DNA of 25,421 bases from Candidatus Pelearchaeum maunauluense (GTDB lineage: Archaea; Thermoproteota; Nitrososphaeria_A; Caldarchaeales; Caldarchaeaceae): NCBI GenBank assembly GCA_030059675.1, contig JANVYQ010000015.1:1-25421 (forward strand), read 5' to 3'. A model generated the notes under the pieces. That model did no database searches and was not told the DNA's origin. It saw nothing but the letters and a program-made list of their open reading frames with translations. The stretch's first letter is position 1. Every line of letters starts with the position of its first letter. A program made the position numbers and the translations under genes. Shown one piece after another: positions 8,557 through 18,345 of this stretch.

Positions 8557-9840
8557 TATGGTGATGCCGAGTATGTAGTAGGCCCTGACGGCTGGGTTGA
8601 GATTATCGTCTCATCCCAGAAGGTTGGAGCGGTAGAAGTAAAGCCCACACTCTCCGATTACTATGGTCTGGAGGAAATCATATTCAACGTGGTGCCTACA
8701 GTAATATTCGATGCGGTTGAGGTATACGACATAGAGGTTAACGGCACGCGCGTTGATGTTGGGAGCTATGTTTCAATAGAGTTCAAGGCGCGATATGCAT
8801 ATGACAAAACACCATTCAAGGGGAGGCTAACGCTCAATAACGGCGTGAATCTAACTTATGCTGATGGGTATAAGCTGGTATGGAGCGAGCCCGAGGTAAA
8901 GGCTCTAGAGTTCTATGTCAGGTCTATCTATGACGAGCTATATGGTCTGACGGCGCTTAAATCTAAAAGCATTCAAGTCATATGGGATAAGGTAATAATT
9001 ACACTCTCAGCGGAACATGAGAGGATTAACGTAGGAGAGCCAGTAAAGATTTCATGGACGGCCAAATACGCTTATGATGAGAAGCCGTTTAGAGGTGAGG
9101 TAATATTATCAGACCGCTATCCAGTGATGGAGAAAGTCGGTAGCAAAACAATCCAAGTTGTAGCCGTAGATGATGGCCTCTACGGGTTGACAACGTTTGA
9201 GGCAAACCAACTGAAGATTTCGTGGGATAGGGTGATAGTTAAGCTCTCTACACCGTATCCGCGTGTGGAGATTGGCACGGAGGCGAAGATAGACATATAC
9301 GCCTTCTACGAGCTTGATGGAGAACGTTTCGACGGGAGCGTGAGGCTTGACAGCCCACCCACCAGCAACACGGTGGGCAAGAAGATAATAGGAGTAGCAT
9401 CGATATCAGACAGCAAATACGGAATAACAGCATTCACATCCAACACAATAGAGATAATCTTCGACAAGATTCTATACAAGATAATTGATGAGCAGCCCGT
9501 TCCTGGGACAGTTATGTTCAGGATAAAGGCATGGTATGCGAGTGATGGCGAGCCTGTCGATGCGGTCTTAACCATAGGGAATGTTACAGTCTCGGGCAAG
9601 GATGGTGAGTATATGTATGAGGAGACTTTCTGGGGGCTTTTCTTCCAGGAGGTGGCGAATCTTAGTGTTGAGGGATTCGGCGATAAGGAGCTGCTCCTCT
9701 CAACAACCCATGCCAGCAACGCGCTACTATACACCAGCGCTGTCCCAGTGGCGGGGCTCATGGCCTATAACTATGGCCGTAAGCGGCTACTGGGCCGTTT
9801 CGGTAAGCGTAAGATAGAGGAAGAGCTTGAGGAAATCTAG
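8557..9840 (+). pseudogene. 5'-truncated surface protein with ~80-aa beta-rich tandem repeats and a C-terminal TM anchor
   Basis: Three full repeats (R(V/I)xVG..AxYxxD..F.G..YG(L/I)T..I(W/F)D) plus partial ones. The frame is open from 8557 with repeat-like sequence, but has no start codon or signal peptide before GTG 8689. Confidence 0.65.
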
Positions 9841-10187
9841 ACATTCTTCAGGGCTACTAGTATAAGCCATACACTAGCCATACTCATCGTTATTGTTTCT
9901 TGAATTGCCACACCTTGCCAAGGCCATCTCACAAACCAGATGAGCGCTGAAGCTATGCCGAATGCAAGCGCTAGGGCGCCTAGCCTAGGAGAGCCGAGAG
10001 GCCATGAGACATAGCTGTATATGAAGAGGGTAATAGGCGTGGCGATGAATAGAGTAATAGACAATGTTCTATGTATCTCTCCGAAGTCTTCGGAGAAGAA
10101 TCCGCCAAGCGCCAGGTTTATTCCTACAATTGTTAGGGGGATGAGCCACGCACTATACTTCCAAGACCTATGAACAGCCATTATGCC
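9837..10187 (-). pseudogene. DUF998-family membrane protein, C-terminal part
   Basis: GIMAVHRSWKY..LALGGFFSEDFGEIH..GVAIQE; continues in frame from the inverted middle part once reconstructed. Confidence 0.85.
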
Positions 10188-10358
10188 GCAACGGTGGCTT
10201 ATGTCTTCATAGCAGTCTCAAAATCGTTAGCCCCCTGGTTTGACTTTAGGAATAACGCATTAAGCGACTTGGGCGGCTCGGTATATCACGGCTCCCTCAC
10301 ATGGATATTCAACACAGGACTCATGCTCTCAGGTGCTTTAGTTATAGTCTTCGCGATA
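10188..10358 (+). pseudogene. DUF998-family protein, middle part, inverted relative to the rest of the gene
   Basis: ATVAYVFIAVSKSLAPWFDFRNNALSDLG..IFNTGLMLSGALVIVFAI, a typical DUF998 N-terminal motif. Confidence 0.85.
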
Positions 10359-10360
10359 GG

Positions 10361-10625
10361 GTTCTGGTCTACATCGAGATACGTGGACCTTGGCCGTCAC
10401 CAGGCCTTGGCCCCCTCTCGGGCTCGGCATCGCCCTCCAGCCCTGTCGGGTCGAACCCGCCCCACACGTCTTCGCTCAGGCCGTTTCCAGCCCGAGGTCA
10501 TCCATGTGGGGAAAGCCCCCCATCTGAAGGTTTACATCATCCACAGGCCGCTAAGCGAGCCAGACCCAATGTACATAAAAGACTTTTGTCTATTTAAGCC
10601 TATCTATCTTGAAACTGTTAGTAAC
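10361..10625 (-). mobile_element. Non-autonomous IS607-like miniature element, copy 2 (265 bp)
   Basis: GG cores at 10359-10360 and 10626-10627. An 18-nt block identical to copy 1 at 10600-10617, CTTCAGATGG at 10520-10529, terminal CAGAAC. TATA-like CTTAAATA at 10591-10598 on the minus strand. Confidence 0.88.
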
Positions 10626-10658
10626 GGCGAGGATGCCGATTATCTGAGGCGCTTTCAA
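10626..10658 (-). pseudogene. DUF998-family protein, first 11 codons (MKAPQIIGILA)
   Basis: The TTG start overlaps the methyltransferase TGA and joins in frame to the inverted middle part across the shared GCCG. Confidence 0.8.
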
Positions 10659-11527
10659 GGCTGTTCCTTCTGCGCCACAACTAGCGTGTTTCCACCTAAT
10701 AACTTGATTCCAGGCATTCTTCCAAGCAGTTTATCTAACATGCTCAATAAACGAGCCGTGGAGAGAATGATTCTATTCTTAGTGTTTTGCTGTACAACCG
10801 TTGGTATTAGCCCAGCTAGGAGAAGGGCGCTTCTCTGGCTAATTATACGGAATCCCACGCGCCTAAGTAGGCTTCGTATCTCCTTATGCGTGAAGACGCG
10901 CATATTCAGTACCTCCCTAGTTGCTGGGAGCCTCCACCTTATCAGGCCACCATCAGGCGACTTGACAAGCTTCAACATCTGCTCACTCGTGGTAACGTAT
11001 CCTATCCTGTTTCCTATTAGGCTATCAACCAGCATCCACATAGTATCTAAACTCCATTTAACATCATACCCCAATACTAGCAGGCCGCCTGGCTTCAATA
11101 TCCTATGAGCCTCCATGAGCATTCTGCCTGGGTCTACGCTGTCATGGCATATCAGTTCCCCAACCGCTATTACCATATCAGCTGAGAGGTCTCGTATGGG
11201 CACGTTGTTGGCGTCGGAGCATACTAGGCTCACCCGCTCTTCATTACCATTATTACGGACTATCCTGAGCGAGTTGTATGAGAAGTCAGTCGCCACCAGC
11301 TTCGCGTCATCCTTACCATCCAGAAGCTCCACAAACGGGTCCCAGCCAGAGCCCAGCTCCACTATCACGCCGTTATGCGGCGCGGCCCCGCATACAACGC
11401 TCAACTCAAGCTCATACAGCGACAAGTCATATGGATTCTCGCGATAAATCTTGTCTTGTTCAGCCCAAGTGGCTGATTCTGATATTTTTTCATATACCTC
11501 ACGCGTGGAGGACGCTTTCATTATCAC
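10655..11527 (-). CDS. Class I SAM-dependent methyltransferase
   Basis: IVELGSG motif I, ATDFS, CSDANNVP, HRILKPGG. Confidence 0.88.
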   Translation of the reverse strand: MIMKASSTREVYEKISESATWAEQDKIYRENPYDLSLYELELSVVCGAAPHNGVIVELGSGWDPFVELLDGKDDAKLVATDFSYNSLRIVRNNGNEERVSLVCSDANNVPIRDLSADMVIAVGELICHDSVDPGRMLMEAHRILKPGGLLVLGYDVKWSLDTMWMLVDSLIGNRIGYVTTSEQMLKLVKSPDGGLIRWRLPATREVLNMRVFTHKEIRSLLRRVGFRIISQRSALLLAGLIPTVVQQNTKNRIILSTARLLSMLDKLLGRMPGIKLLGGNTLVVAQKEQP

Positions 11528-12011
11528 CCCTGCCGCCCACCACGGGTGGCCACTTCCAACCCGGCCCTCGGTTTTTAACAGATTATTAAATCTTTCTTTT
11601 TCATCGCTCTGGCCAACGCAGGAGAACGATTCTAGAATTCTGAGAAACTATCTCTGCCTGTCGCACCCCTCATAGCTTTAGGATAATTATGTAATGCCAA
11701 TAGTGTCAGTAGCCCTTTACTCGCTCGGCTAGTCAGAGGATGAAGGTACAGGCCTAAACATTGTTCTGGCCGTTCTTAGGCGGCTGCGGTGGGTCTGAAC
11801 CTTCTGTGACTACTAGCTTCCCATGACCAGTCCTTTTGTGAGAATTGCCGTAGCTACGTGGCTATGCTTCTTTCTCTCTGCTGGTTCTTGAAATTGTTGT
11901 TGCATAGCTCCAGCAGCGGTGAGGGCGGCAGTAAGAGAAGAGGCTCCTCAAGCATCTAGGTCGAGGCTGGCGCGATGGGCTGCCCAGCGGTCAGCAGGTA
12001 GATTGGGGATG

Positions 12012-12060
12012 TTTATATCTGGGTTTGACTGGTTTAACCTTAGGTTGACTTGGTTTGACT
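12012..12060 (+). promoter_or_regulatory. vapBC promoter with repeated operator-like motifs
   Basis: TTTATAT at 12012-12018, then GGTTTGACT, GGTTTAACCT, GGTTGACT and GGTTTGACT at about 10-bp spacing. Confidence 0.55.
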
Positions 12061-12321
12061 CTTCGGCTAAAGGTCGGTCGGAAGGGCTATATAATCTTGC
12101 CTAAAGCTGTAAGGGAGGCCGTAGGTATAGACGAGGGCGATGAGGTAACAGTCGAAATAATGGATGGGATACTGCTCAAACCCGTAAGGAGGTTCAATAG
12201 AAGGAAATTGGAGAGCGCTCTTAAAAGACACCTAGATAACATACAAAGGCTACCAGGCTTGAAGGAGCCTAAGCCAGGCGAACTAGCAGCGATATATCTG
12301 GAGGAGGAATTCGAGGATTGA
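12055..12321 (+). CDS. vapB: AbrB/MazE/SpoVT-family antitoxin
   Basis: KVGRKGYIILPKAVREAVGIDEGDEV swapped-hairpin motif; overlaps a PIN-domain gene. Confidence 0.9.
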   Translation: MTLRLKVGRKGYIILPKAVREAVGIDEGDEVTVEIMDGILLKPVRRFNRRKLESALKRHLDNIQRLPGLKEPKPGELAAIYLEEEFED

Positions 12322-12725
12322 GAATATTCATGGACTCCAACCTTTTAATCTACTTGAATGCCGTAAGAGCGGCTGAAGCTAGAGCAGCCTACGAAAACTT
12401 TTACCTTAACCTACTCGCGGAGAACAAAGCCTATACAGACGTATTAGTCTTGGATGAGTTGCTCTACATCTCCAAAAAGAAGTACAACATCCCATACAAC
12501 GTCAGCATCCAGTTTATAAAATCAATAGTACAACCATATGTTGAAATTCTAGCCCTTGGAAGCGAGGAATTCGGCAAGGCGTCCGAGATTATAAACTCAT
12601 ATAACATAAAACCATCCGATGCACTGCATGCAGCAGCGATGACAGTAAACAGCATTTCAAAAATAGTCTCCGAAGACAAGGAGTTTGACAGAATCAAAGG
12701 ACTAAATAGAATCTGGTTAACATAA
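12318..12725 (+). CDS. vapC: PIN-domain ribonuclease toxin
   Basis: IFMDSN, VLDEL, SDALHAA and SEDKEFD acidic PIN motifs. Confidence 0.92.
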   Translation: MRIFMDSNLLIYLNAVRAAEARAAYENFYLNLLAENKAYTDVLVLDELLYISKKKYNIPYNVSIQFIKSIVQPYVEILALGSEEFGKASEIINSYNIKPSDALHAAAMTVNSISKIVSEDKEFDRIKGLNRIWLT

Positions 12726-13120
12726 TAAGCAAATCAGCCCTAGGAATCCCCGCCAAAACCTCTGTCAGTCTCTCAGCCCTGTTAGGTGAGTAGCCAAGAC
12801 CGCCGCTGCAGTATTATCTTAGTGTTTTGCGCATGTCTTTGAGGAGCTAGCTACTGTTGTTAGCGTTATTGCTGGGAGTGGCTTTCTCCCCGCTGTCTAG
12901 GAGTACTAGGGCATAGCTTCAAGCCCTGTCCGGGGGTCTTTCAGCACGCGGGTGTTACAAGCACCTCCCTGACCCAGTGCACGGTTATCTCCAGGGACCT
13001 GTCAACCACTATTGAGAGGAGCTTAGAGGGATGTTGCTGGTCTTCTATTGTCTATGGCTAGGGAGTTCTATCCGCGGGAGATGATAGCGGCGTTATCTTT
13101 AAAAATGCGGGTCATGTATT

Positions 13121-14008
13121 TTGTTGTGGTGGTTTGGCCTGGCGTTGCTTGGGTATGTTAAGCTGCCTAGGCTGGTGCCTCTCTTTCCACGGGATGTGAT
13201 GGAGGCTGTACAGCTTAGGAAGGAGAACCCCGACGCGGAGTATCTCGCTGGGGGGACAGCGCTGATACCCCTACTAAAGTCTGGAGCTTATAGGGCTGGG
13301 AAGCTCATAGACCTGAGTAGGCTTAAGGAGCTTCGCTACATCAGGGTTGGGGATGGCGTTATAAGGATAGGCCCTCTAGCTACTCACGCTGACATTACGA
13401 ATAACACAGCCCTACGCTCCATCAACGCTTTCCAGAACTTCGCAAAAGGCTACACCTCGCCTGCCGTGATGAACTCAGCCACGGTAGGTGGGAGCATAGC
13501 AATAGCATCCCACACCGAAGACCTGATACCAATACTCCTAGCCTTAAACACAGAACTAACACTACTAACCCCCGACGGGGGCAAGCTCGTAGTAGAGCTG
13601 GAGAAATATGTCAAAGAGCATAACAAGCTTAAGGAGTATTTGATACTTGAGGTAGCGTTCAAACTTCCAGCAAGTGGTGTTTTATGTGATTTTGAGAAGC
13701 TGGCTTTGGGTATCTCGCGTATCCCGCTCTCGTCTGTGGCTGTTAGGGTGGAGCTTGATAGAGGCAGGGTAAACGGCGCTACTGTGGCGGTAGCACAGGC
13801 GTATGGAACAAGGCCTGGGAGAGTAAGAGAGGTTGAGGAACTACTCAAGAGAAGGGAAATCACTGAGGAGTTAATCGGAGAAGCGGCAAACAAGATTAAG
13901 CAGAGCATATCACCCCCAGAGGATACGCAGGCGTCAAGCTGGTATAGACGCGAGTTAGCCGCCTCACTCTTCACACGCATAATGAGGAGGGAAGTGGAGC
14001 ATGGCTGA
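13121..14008 (+). CDS. Molybdenum hydroxylase FAD-binding subunit (CoxM/XdhB family); start may lie slightly downstream
   Basis: LAGGTAL, LIDLSRLKEL, NSATVGGSI, ASSWYRR. Confidence 0.9.
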   Translation: MLWWFGLALLGYVKLPRLVPLFPRDVMEAVQLRKENPDAEYLAGGTALIPLLKSGAYRAGKLIDLSRLKELRYIRVGDGVIRIGPLATHADITNNTALRSINAFQNFAKGYTSPAVMNSATVGGSIAIASHTEDLIPILLALNTELTLLTPDGGKLVVELEKYVKEHNKLKEYLILEVAFKLPASGVLCDFEKLALGISRIPLSSVAVRVELDRGRVNGATVAVAQAYGTRPGRVREVEELLKRREITEELIGEAANKIKQSISPPEDTQASSWYRRELAASLFTRIMRREVEHG

Positions 14009-14474
14009 GGAACTGCTCAAGATAAGGCTCACCGTTAATGGGCGGGAGTATGAGGTAGGACTAGGAGGTAGTGAGCTGCTGATTGATGTTCTACGCGACA
14101 GGCTGGGGCTGAAGAGCGTAAAGGAGGGGTGCGGTGAAGGTGATTGTGGCCTATGCCTAGTCATCGCCGACGGCGTGCCCATTCACTCCTGCTTGGTGAT
14201 GGCCTTCCAAGCGGATGGAAAGAAGATAACTACGGTTGAGGGGCTTGGAGACGGGGAGAACCTTCACCCAATCCAGAGAGCCTTCATAGATGTCGGGGCA
14301 GTCCAGTGCGGCTACTGCATACCCGCAGCAATACTAGCTGCCAAGCACCTGATAGACACAACAAAAAACCCAAGCAGGGAGGAGATAAGACGCGCTCTCA
14401 GAAGCGTCTTATGCAGATGCGGCAGCTACATCAGGTTTGAACAAGCAATACTAAAGGTGGTGGGCAAAACATGA
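14001..14474 (+). CDS. Molybdenum hydroxylase 2x[2Fe-2S] subunit (CoxS/XdhC family)
   Basis: GCGEGDCGLC..SC and QCGYC..CRCGSY. Confidence 0.95.
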   Translation: MAEELLKIRLTVNGREYEVGLGGSELLIDVLRDRLGLKSVKEGCGEGDCGLCLVIADGVPIHSCLVMAFQADGKKITTVEGLGDGENLHPIQRAFIDVGAVQCGYCIPAAILAAKHLIDTTKNPSREEIRRALRSVLCRCGSYIRFEQAILKVVGKT

Positions 14475-16819
14475 GCAGCGAGGAGGAGATTCTAAAGAGG
14501 TTCGCGGCAATAGAGCAGGCCAGAGAGTTCTACATAATCGGAAAGAAGGTCTCGCGCGTTGATGCGCTTGACGCGGTATTAGGTAGGCCGATGTACACGG
14601 GAGACCTAGTTACTGGGGATTTCCTATTCGTTAAGGCGGTACGGTCTCCGTATGCCCATGCGCTCATAAAGGGGATAGACATATCCAGAGCTCTTAAACA
14701 AAGAGGGATAGAGGCGGTGATTACTCATAGGGACATACCTGGGGAGAACGACGCAGGCTCCCTAATACCAGATAGACCACTCCTCGCGGTTGACAAAGTA
14801 AGACACTACGGCGAGGCAGTAGCCCTGGTGGTGGGTAGCGGGATAGAGACTGTGGAAGAGGCGATAAGACTGGTGGATGTTGAGTATGAGCCTCTACCAG
14901 TCGTCAAAGACCCCTTTGAAGCGATGAAGCCAGACGCGCCAAGAATACAAAACCGCGACAACATAGTAACGCACTTCAAGATAAGGAAAGGCAACATAGA
15001 GGAGGGCTTCTCCAAAGCCGACATAATAGTTGAAAACACCTACAAGACGCAGTTCATGGACGGCCTACCCCTTGAGACCGAGGTTGCCTACGCATTCCCA
15101 GAGAAGGATGGTAGAATAACATGCATATCATCCATGCAGAACCCGTTTGACGTCTATAACAAGGTTGTTAAGATTCTAGGCGTAGGGCCTGAGGATGTAC
15201 GTGTAATCCAGGCTGCTACTGGAGGTGGTTTCGGCCCAAAATCTGACGAAACACCCATAGACATAGCTGCTTACGCCTGTCTCGCTGTAAAGAAGACTGG
15301 AAAACCAGCCTTCGCCGTCTTCACGCGCGAGGAAGCCACAACAGTCCAGAGTAAGCGCCACGCATTCACAATAAGGCATAAGACAGGAGCAACGCGCGAT
15401 GGTAAGCTCGTTGCGTGGAAGTCGGAGCTGGTCGCAGACACTGGAGCGTACATCTCAAAGGGACACTTGGTAATAGCGCGGGCAACATTCCACTGCACAG
15501 GGCCCTATGAGGTGCCTCACGTATGGGCTGACGGTTACTGCGTCCTTACCAACAACACCATTGCAGGCTCCACACGCGGCTTCGGAGCACCGCAAGCACA
15601 CTTCGCAGCCGAGCTACAGATGGACGCTCTGGCGAAGAAGCTGGGGATAGACCCAGTTGAGATACGTGCCAGGAATATACTCCGCCCAGGCTCGCTGACC
15701 GCTACATCACAGCGCATAGATGATGCTGGCCTTGAGATATGCTTCGGCAAGGTGGTGGAGACGGCGCGCTGGCACCAGAAGAGACGCGAATACGAGGAGC
15801 TCAACAGGACCAGCAGCAGGATTAAGAAGGGCATAGGTATAGCCCTCCTCTACCACGGGAACACCTTAGGGCCTGAGGGAGAGGACTTCGCAACAGTCCA
15901 CGTAAGGATAGAGGAGGATGGCAGCGTGGTTGTTCAGACCGGCCTGACCGAGTATGGGACAGGCGCTTTGACTTCGCTAGTCATAATCGTGGCTGAGATT
16001 CTTGGAATACCAGCGAGCTGGGTTAGGATGGAGAGACCCGACACCAGCGCTGTTACAAGCTCTGGCCCGACGGTTGCTTCTAGGACTACAGTGATAGGCG
16101 GTAGAGCGGCAGCTGACGCTGCGACGCAGCTACGGGGAAGGCTTGCCGAGGTGGCGGCGGGTCTTCTCGGATGCAGCCCTGACGAGCTTGTCTTCAAGGA
16201 TGGTGTGGTAAGCGTGGGAGGCGACAGGAGACGCGGCATAGGATTCAGGGAGCTTGTTTCCGAAGCATCTAGGCGCGGCGTGGAGCTTAGGGTAAGGGGC
16301 TACTACATCGCGCCACCAACCAGGTGGGACCCCGAAACAGGGCAGGGAGCGCCCTACAACCAATACACCTTCGGCGCTCTTGTCAGCGAGGTTGAGGTGG
16401 ATACCGAGACAGGCCTGGTCGTGGTGAAGCGCATGACAGCCGCATACGACGCTGGCCGCGTAATCAACCCGCTTGGGCTCCTCGCTGTTATTGAGGGAGG
16501 CTCAATACAAGGCCTGGGCCATGCTCTCACCGAGGAGATAATCCATGAAAACGGGGTAGTCGTTAACCCAAGCCTGCACGGCTACATAATACCAACAGCC
16601 AGCGAGGCCCCTGAGTGGATAGAGCCAATCGCAGTAGAGTCTCCTGGTAGGATAGGCGCCTTTGGCGCCAAGGCGATGGGCGAGATACCAGTCGTCCTAC
16701 CCATGGCGTCAATAGCTAACGCGGTAGCACACGCTATAGGCGTCTTCATACGCGAGACACCGCTGAAGCCTGAGCGGGTTCTAAAGGCGATTAGAGAAGC
16801 GGAGAGAAAAGAGCGGTAA
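14471..16819 (+). CDS. Xanthine dehydrogenase-family molybdopterin subunit
   Basis: GGGFGPK, STRGFGAPQ, EYGTG, SGPTVASR, KAMGE catalytic Glu motif. Confidence 0.93.
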   Translation: MSSEEEILKRFAAIEQAREFYIIGKKVSRVDALDAVLGRPMYTGDLVTGDFLFVKAVRSPYAHALIKGIDISRALKQRGIEAVITHRDIPGENDAGSLIPDRPLLAVDKVRHYGEAVALVVGSGIETVEEAIRLVDVEYEPLPVVKDPFEAMKPDAPRIQNRDNIVTHFKIRKGNIEEGFSKADIIVENTYKTQFMDGLPLETEVAYAFPEKDGRITCISSMQNPFDVYNKVVKILGVGPEDVRVIQAATGGGFGPKSDETPIDIAAYACLAVKKTGKPAFAVFTREEATTVQSKRHAFTIRHKTGATRDGKLVAWKSELVADTGAYISKGHLVIARATFHCTGPYEVPHVWADGYCVLTNNTIAGSTRGFGAPQAHFAAELQMDALAKKLGIDPVEIRARNILRPGSLTATSQRIDDAGLEICFGKVVETARWHQKRREYEELNRTSSRIKKGIGIALLYHGNTLGPEGEDFATVHVRIEEDGSVVVQTGLTEYGTGALTSLVIIVAEILGIPASWVRMERPDTSAVTSSGPTVASRTTVIGGRAAADAATQLRGRLAEVAAGLLGCSPDELVFKDGVVSVGGDRRRGIGFRELVSEASRRGVELRVRGYYIAPPTRWDPETGQGAPYNQYTFGALVSEVEVDTETGLVVVKRMTAAYDAGRVINPLGLLAVIEGGSIQGLGHALTEEIIHENGVVVNPSLHGYIIPTASEAPEWIEPIAVESPGRIGAFGAKAMGEIPVVLPMASIANAVAHAIGVFIRETPLKPERVLKAIREAERKER

Positions 16820-16844
16820 AGGATGGCTTTGGAGGCTCTGCGCT

Positions 16845-18221
16845 ATGCGCCTCCTCATAAGCGGCGGATACGTAATCCCTGTTAATGGTAGGCGTCGGAT
16901 AATAAAGGATGGCGCCATCTATGTTGAGGATGATAGGATAATTGCCGTAGGTAGTCGGGAAGAAGTTAGAGGGAACTCTGGAAGAGGGGCGGAGGAGATA
17001 GACGCCAGAGGATGCGTGGTTATCCCAGGCTTGATAGATATTCACGTTCACCTAGCCCAAGCTCTCATACGCGGCGTCGTTCCTGATGATGTCTCGCTGA
17101 TAGCGTGGCTGCGCGACTGGGTTCTCCCACTTCAGGGCGTATACGATGCTGAAGACGGCAGAGTGAGCGCCAGCCTCTGCATACTTGAGATGCTCAAGAC
17201 AGGCACAACATGCTTCCTAGAATCGCTCCTCCACACCCGCTACGGCTTCAACGGGATAGCGGAGGTCGTCAAGTCTTCTGGGATAAGGGGGGTACTCTCC
17301 AAGTCCATCATGGATATACCAGAATACGCTAAGGCGGGTAGCATAATACCGCCTGGCATGATTGAGGAAGGCCCAGCAACGCTGCGCGAGTTTAAGGAGA
17401 TGCACAAGCGGTGGGCGGGCGCTGCCGGGGGCAGGATAGATGTCTGGGTAGGGCTGCGCACACCTGGGGCTGTGTCGGATGAGCTGTATAGAGAGGCGAT
17501 AAGCGAGGCGGAGCAGCGTGGAGCAGGTGCTACGATGCACCTAGCAGAAGTTAAGGAGGACCTAGAATACTTCAAGTCCCGCGGAACAACCCCCGCGGGC
17601 TTTCTCAAGCAACTAGGTATGCTGGGGAGGAAGCGGGTATACGTACACTGTGTCTGGCTTAGCGACGACGACATCCAAGCCTTCGCATCAACGGGAACAA
17701 GCATAGCCCATTGCCCATCGTCAAACCTGAAGCTCGGCTCAGGTATCGCGCGCGTGTATGAGATGCTACGCGCTGGCGTAGTTGTCGGCCTGGGTTGTGA
17801 CGGCGGCCCAAGTAATGACAGCTACGACATGATACGCGAGATGAAGCTCGCAGCGATATTGCAGAAGGGTAGGCTGGTGAACCCTACTGCGCTCTCTGCT
17901 TGGGATGCGCTGGAGATGGCCACGATAAACGGAGCGCGTGCGCTGGGATTGGGGAAGGAGATAGGAAGCCTAGAGCCTGGGAAGAAGGCGGACATAACAA
18001 TAATATCACTACGCCACCCGTCTGTGCAGCCGCTAACAGATCCCCTCTCACTCCTCGTATACGCCGCAACCGGAAGAGATGTCCGCGACGTAATCATAGA
18101 CGGAAAACCAGTAGTCAGAGACGGGAAAGTCCTAACTATGGATGAGGAGAGAATCCTAAAAGAAGCCAATCAACACCTTCCTAAGGTCTTGGAGAGGGCT
18201 GGCAAGCTGGATAGTAACTAG
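16845..18221 (+). CDS. Metal-dependent amidohydrolase (guanine/MTA-SAH deaminase superfamily)
   Basis: PGLIDIHVH, MHLAE, VHCVW, HCPSSNLKLGSG, GCDG, GSLEPGKKAD. Confidence 0.92.
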   Translation: MRLLISGGYVIPVNGRRRIIKDGAIYVEDDRIIAVGSREEVRGNSGRGAEEIDARGCVVIPGLIDIHVHLAQALIRGVVPDDVSLIAWLRDWVLPLQGVYDAEDGRVSASLCILEMLKTGTTCFLESLLHTRYGFNGIAEVVKSSGIRGVLSKSIMDIPEYAKAGSIIPPGMIEEGPATLREFKEMHKRWAGAAGGRIDVWVGLRTPGAVSDELYREAISEAEQRGAGATMHLAEVKEDLEYFKSRGTTPAGFLKQLGMLGRKRVYVHCVWLSDDDIQAFASTGTSIAHCPSSNLKLGSGIARVYEMLRAGVVVGLGCDGGPSNDSYDMIREMKLAAILQKGRLVNPTALSAWDALEMATINGARALGLGKEIGSLEPGKKADITIISLRHPSVQPLTDPLSLLVYAATGRDVRDVIIDGKPVVRDGKVLTMDEERILKEANQHLPKVLERAGKLDSN

Positions 18222-18345
18222 AAAAATACAAAAATGTCAAGCTCAGACATACTCGTTAAAAACTACAAACATCTAAAAAGACACTAAAGAATGGCAGACT
18301 TTATACTTCAAAAATCACATTATTATCTCCTTCTTATTTAGTTAA

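Noticed and set aside
10170-11108. 312-aa plus-strand ORF
   Set aside because: Chimera of the inverted DUF998 middle, the mini-element antisense strand and the methyltransferase antisense strand.
11600-12000. Possible ncRNA or third mini-element upstream of vapBC
   Set aside because: No shared end motifs and no convincing structure; probably decayed coding DNA that I cannot assign.
12730-13110. GC-rich intergenic stretch as a structured RNA or riboswitch ahead of the xdh-like operon
   Set aside because: No recognisable family motif or long stem; minus-strand frames look like an eroded gene.
14471-16819. Aerobic CO dehydrogenase (coxMSL)
   Set aside because: The active-site loop is AGSTRGFG, not AYXCSFR (form I) or AYXGAGR (form II).
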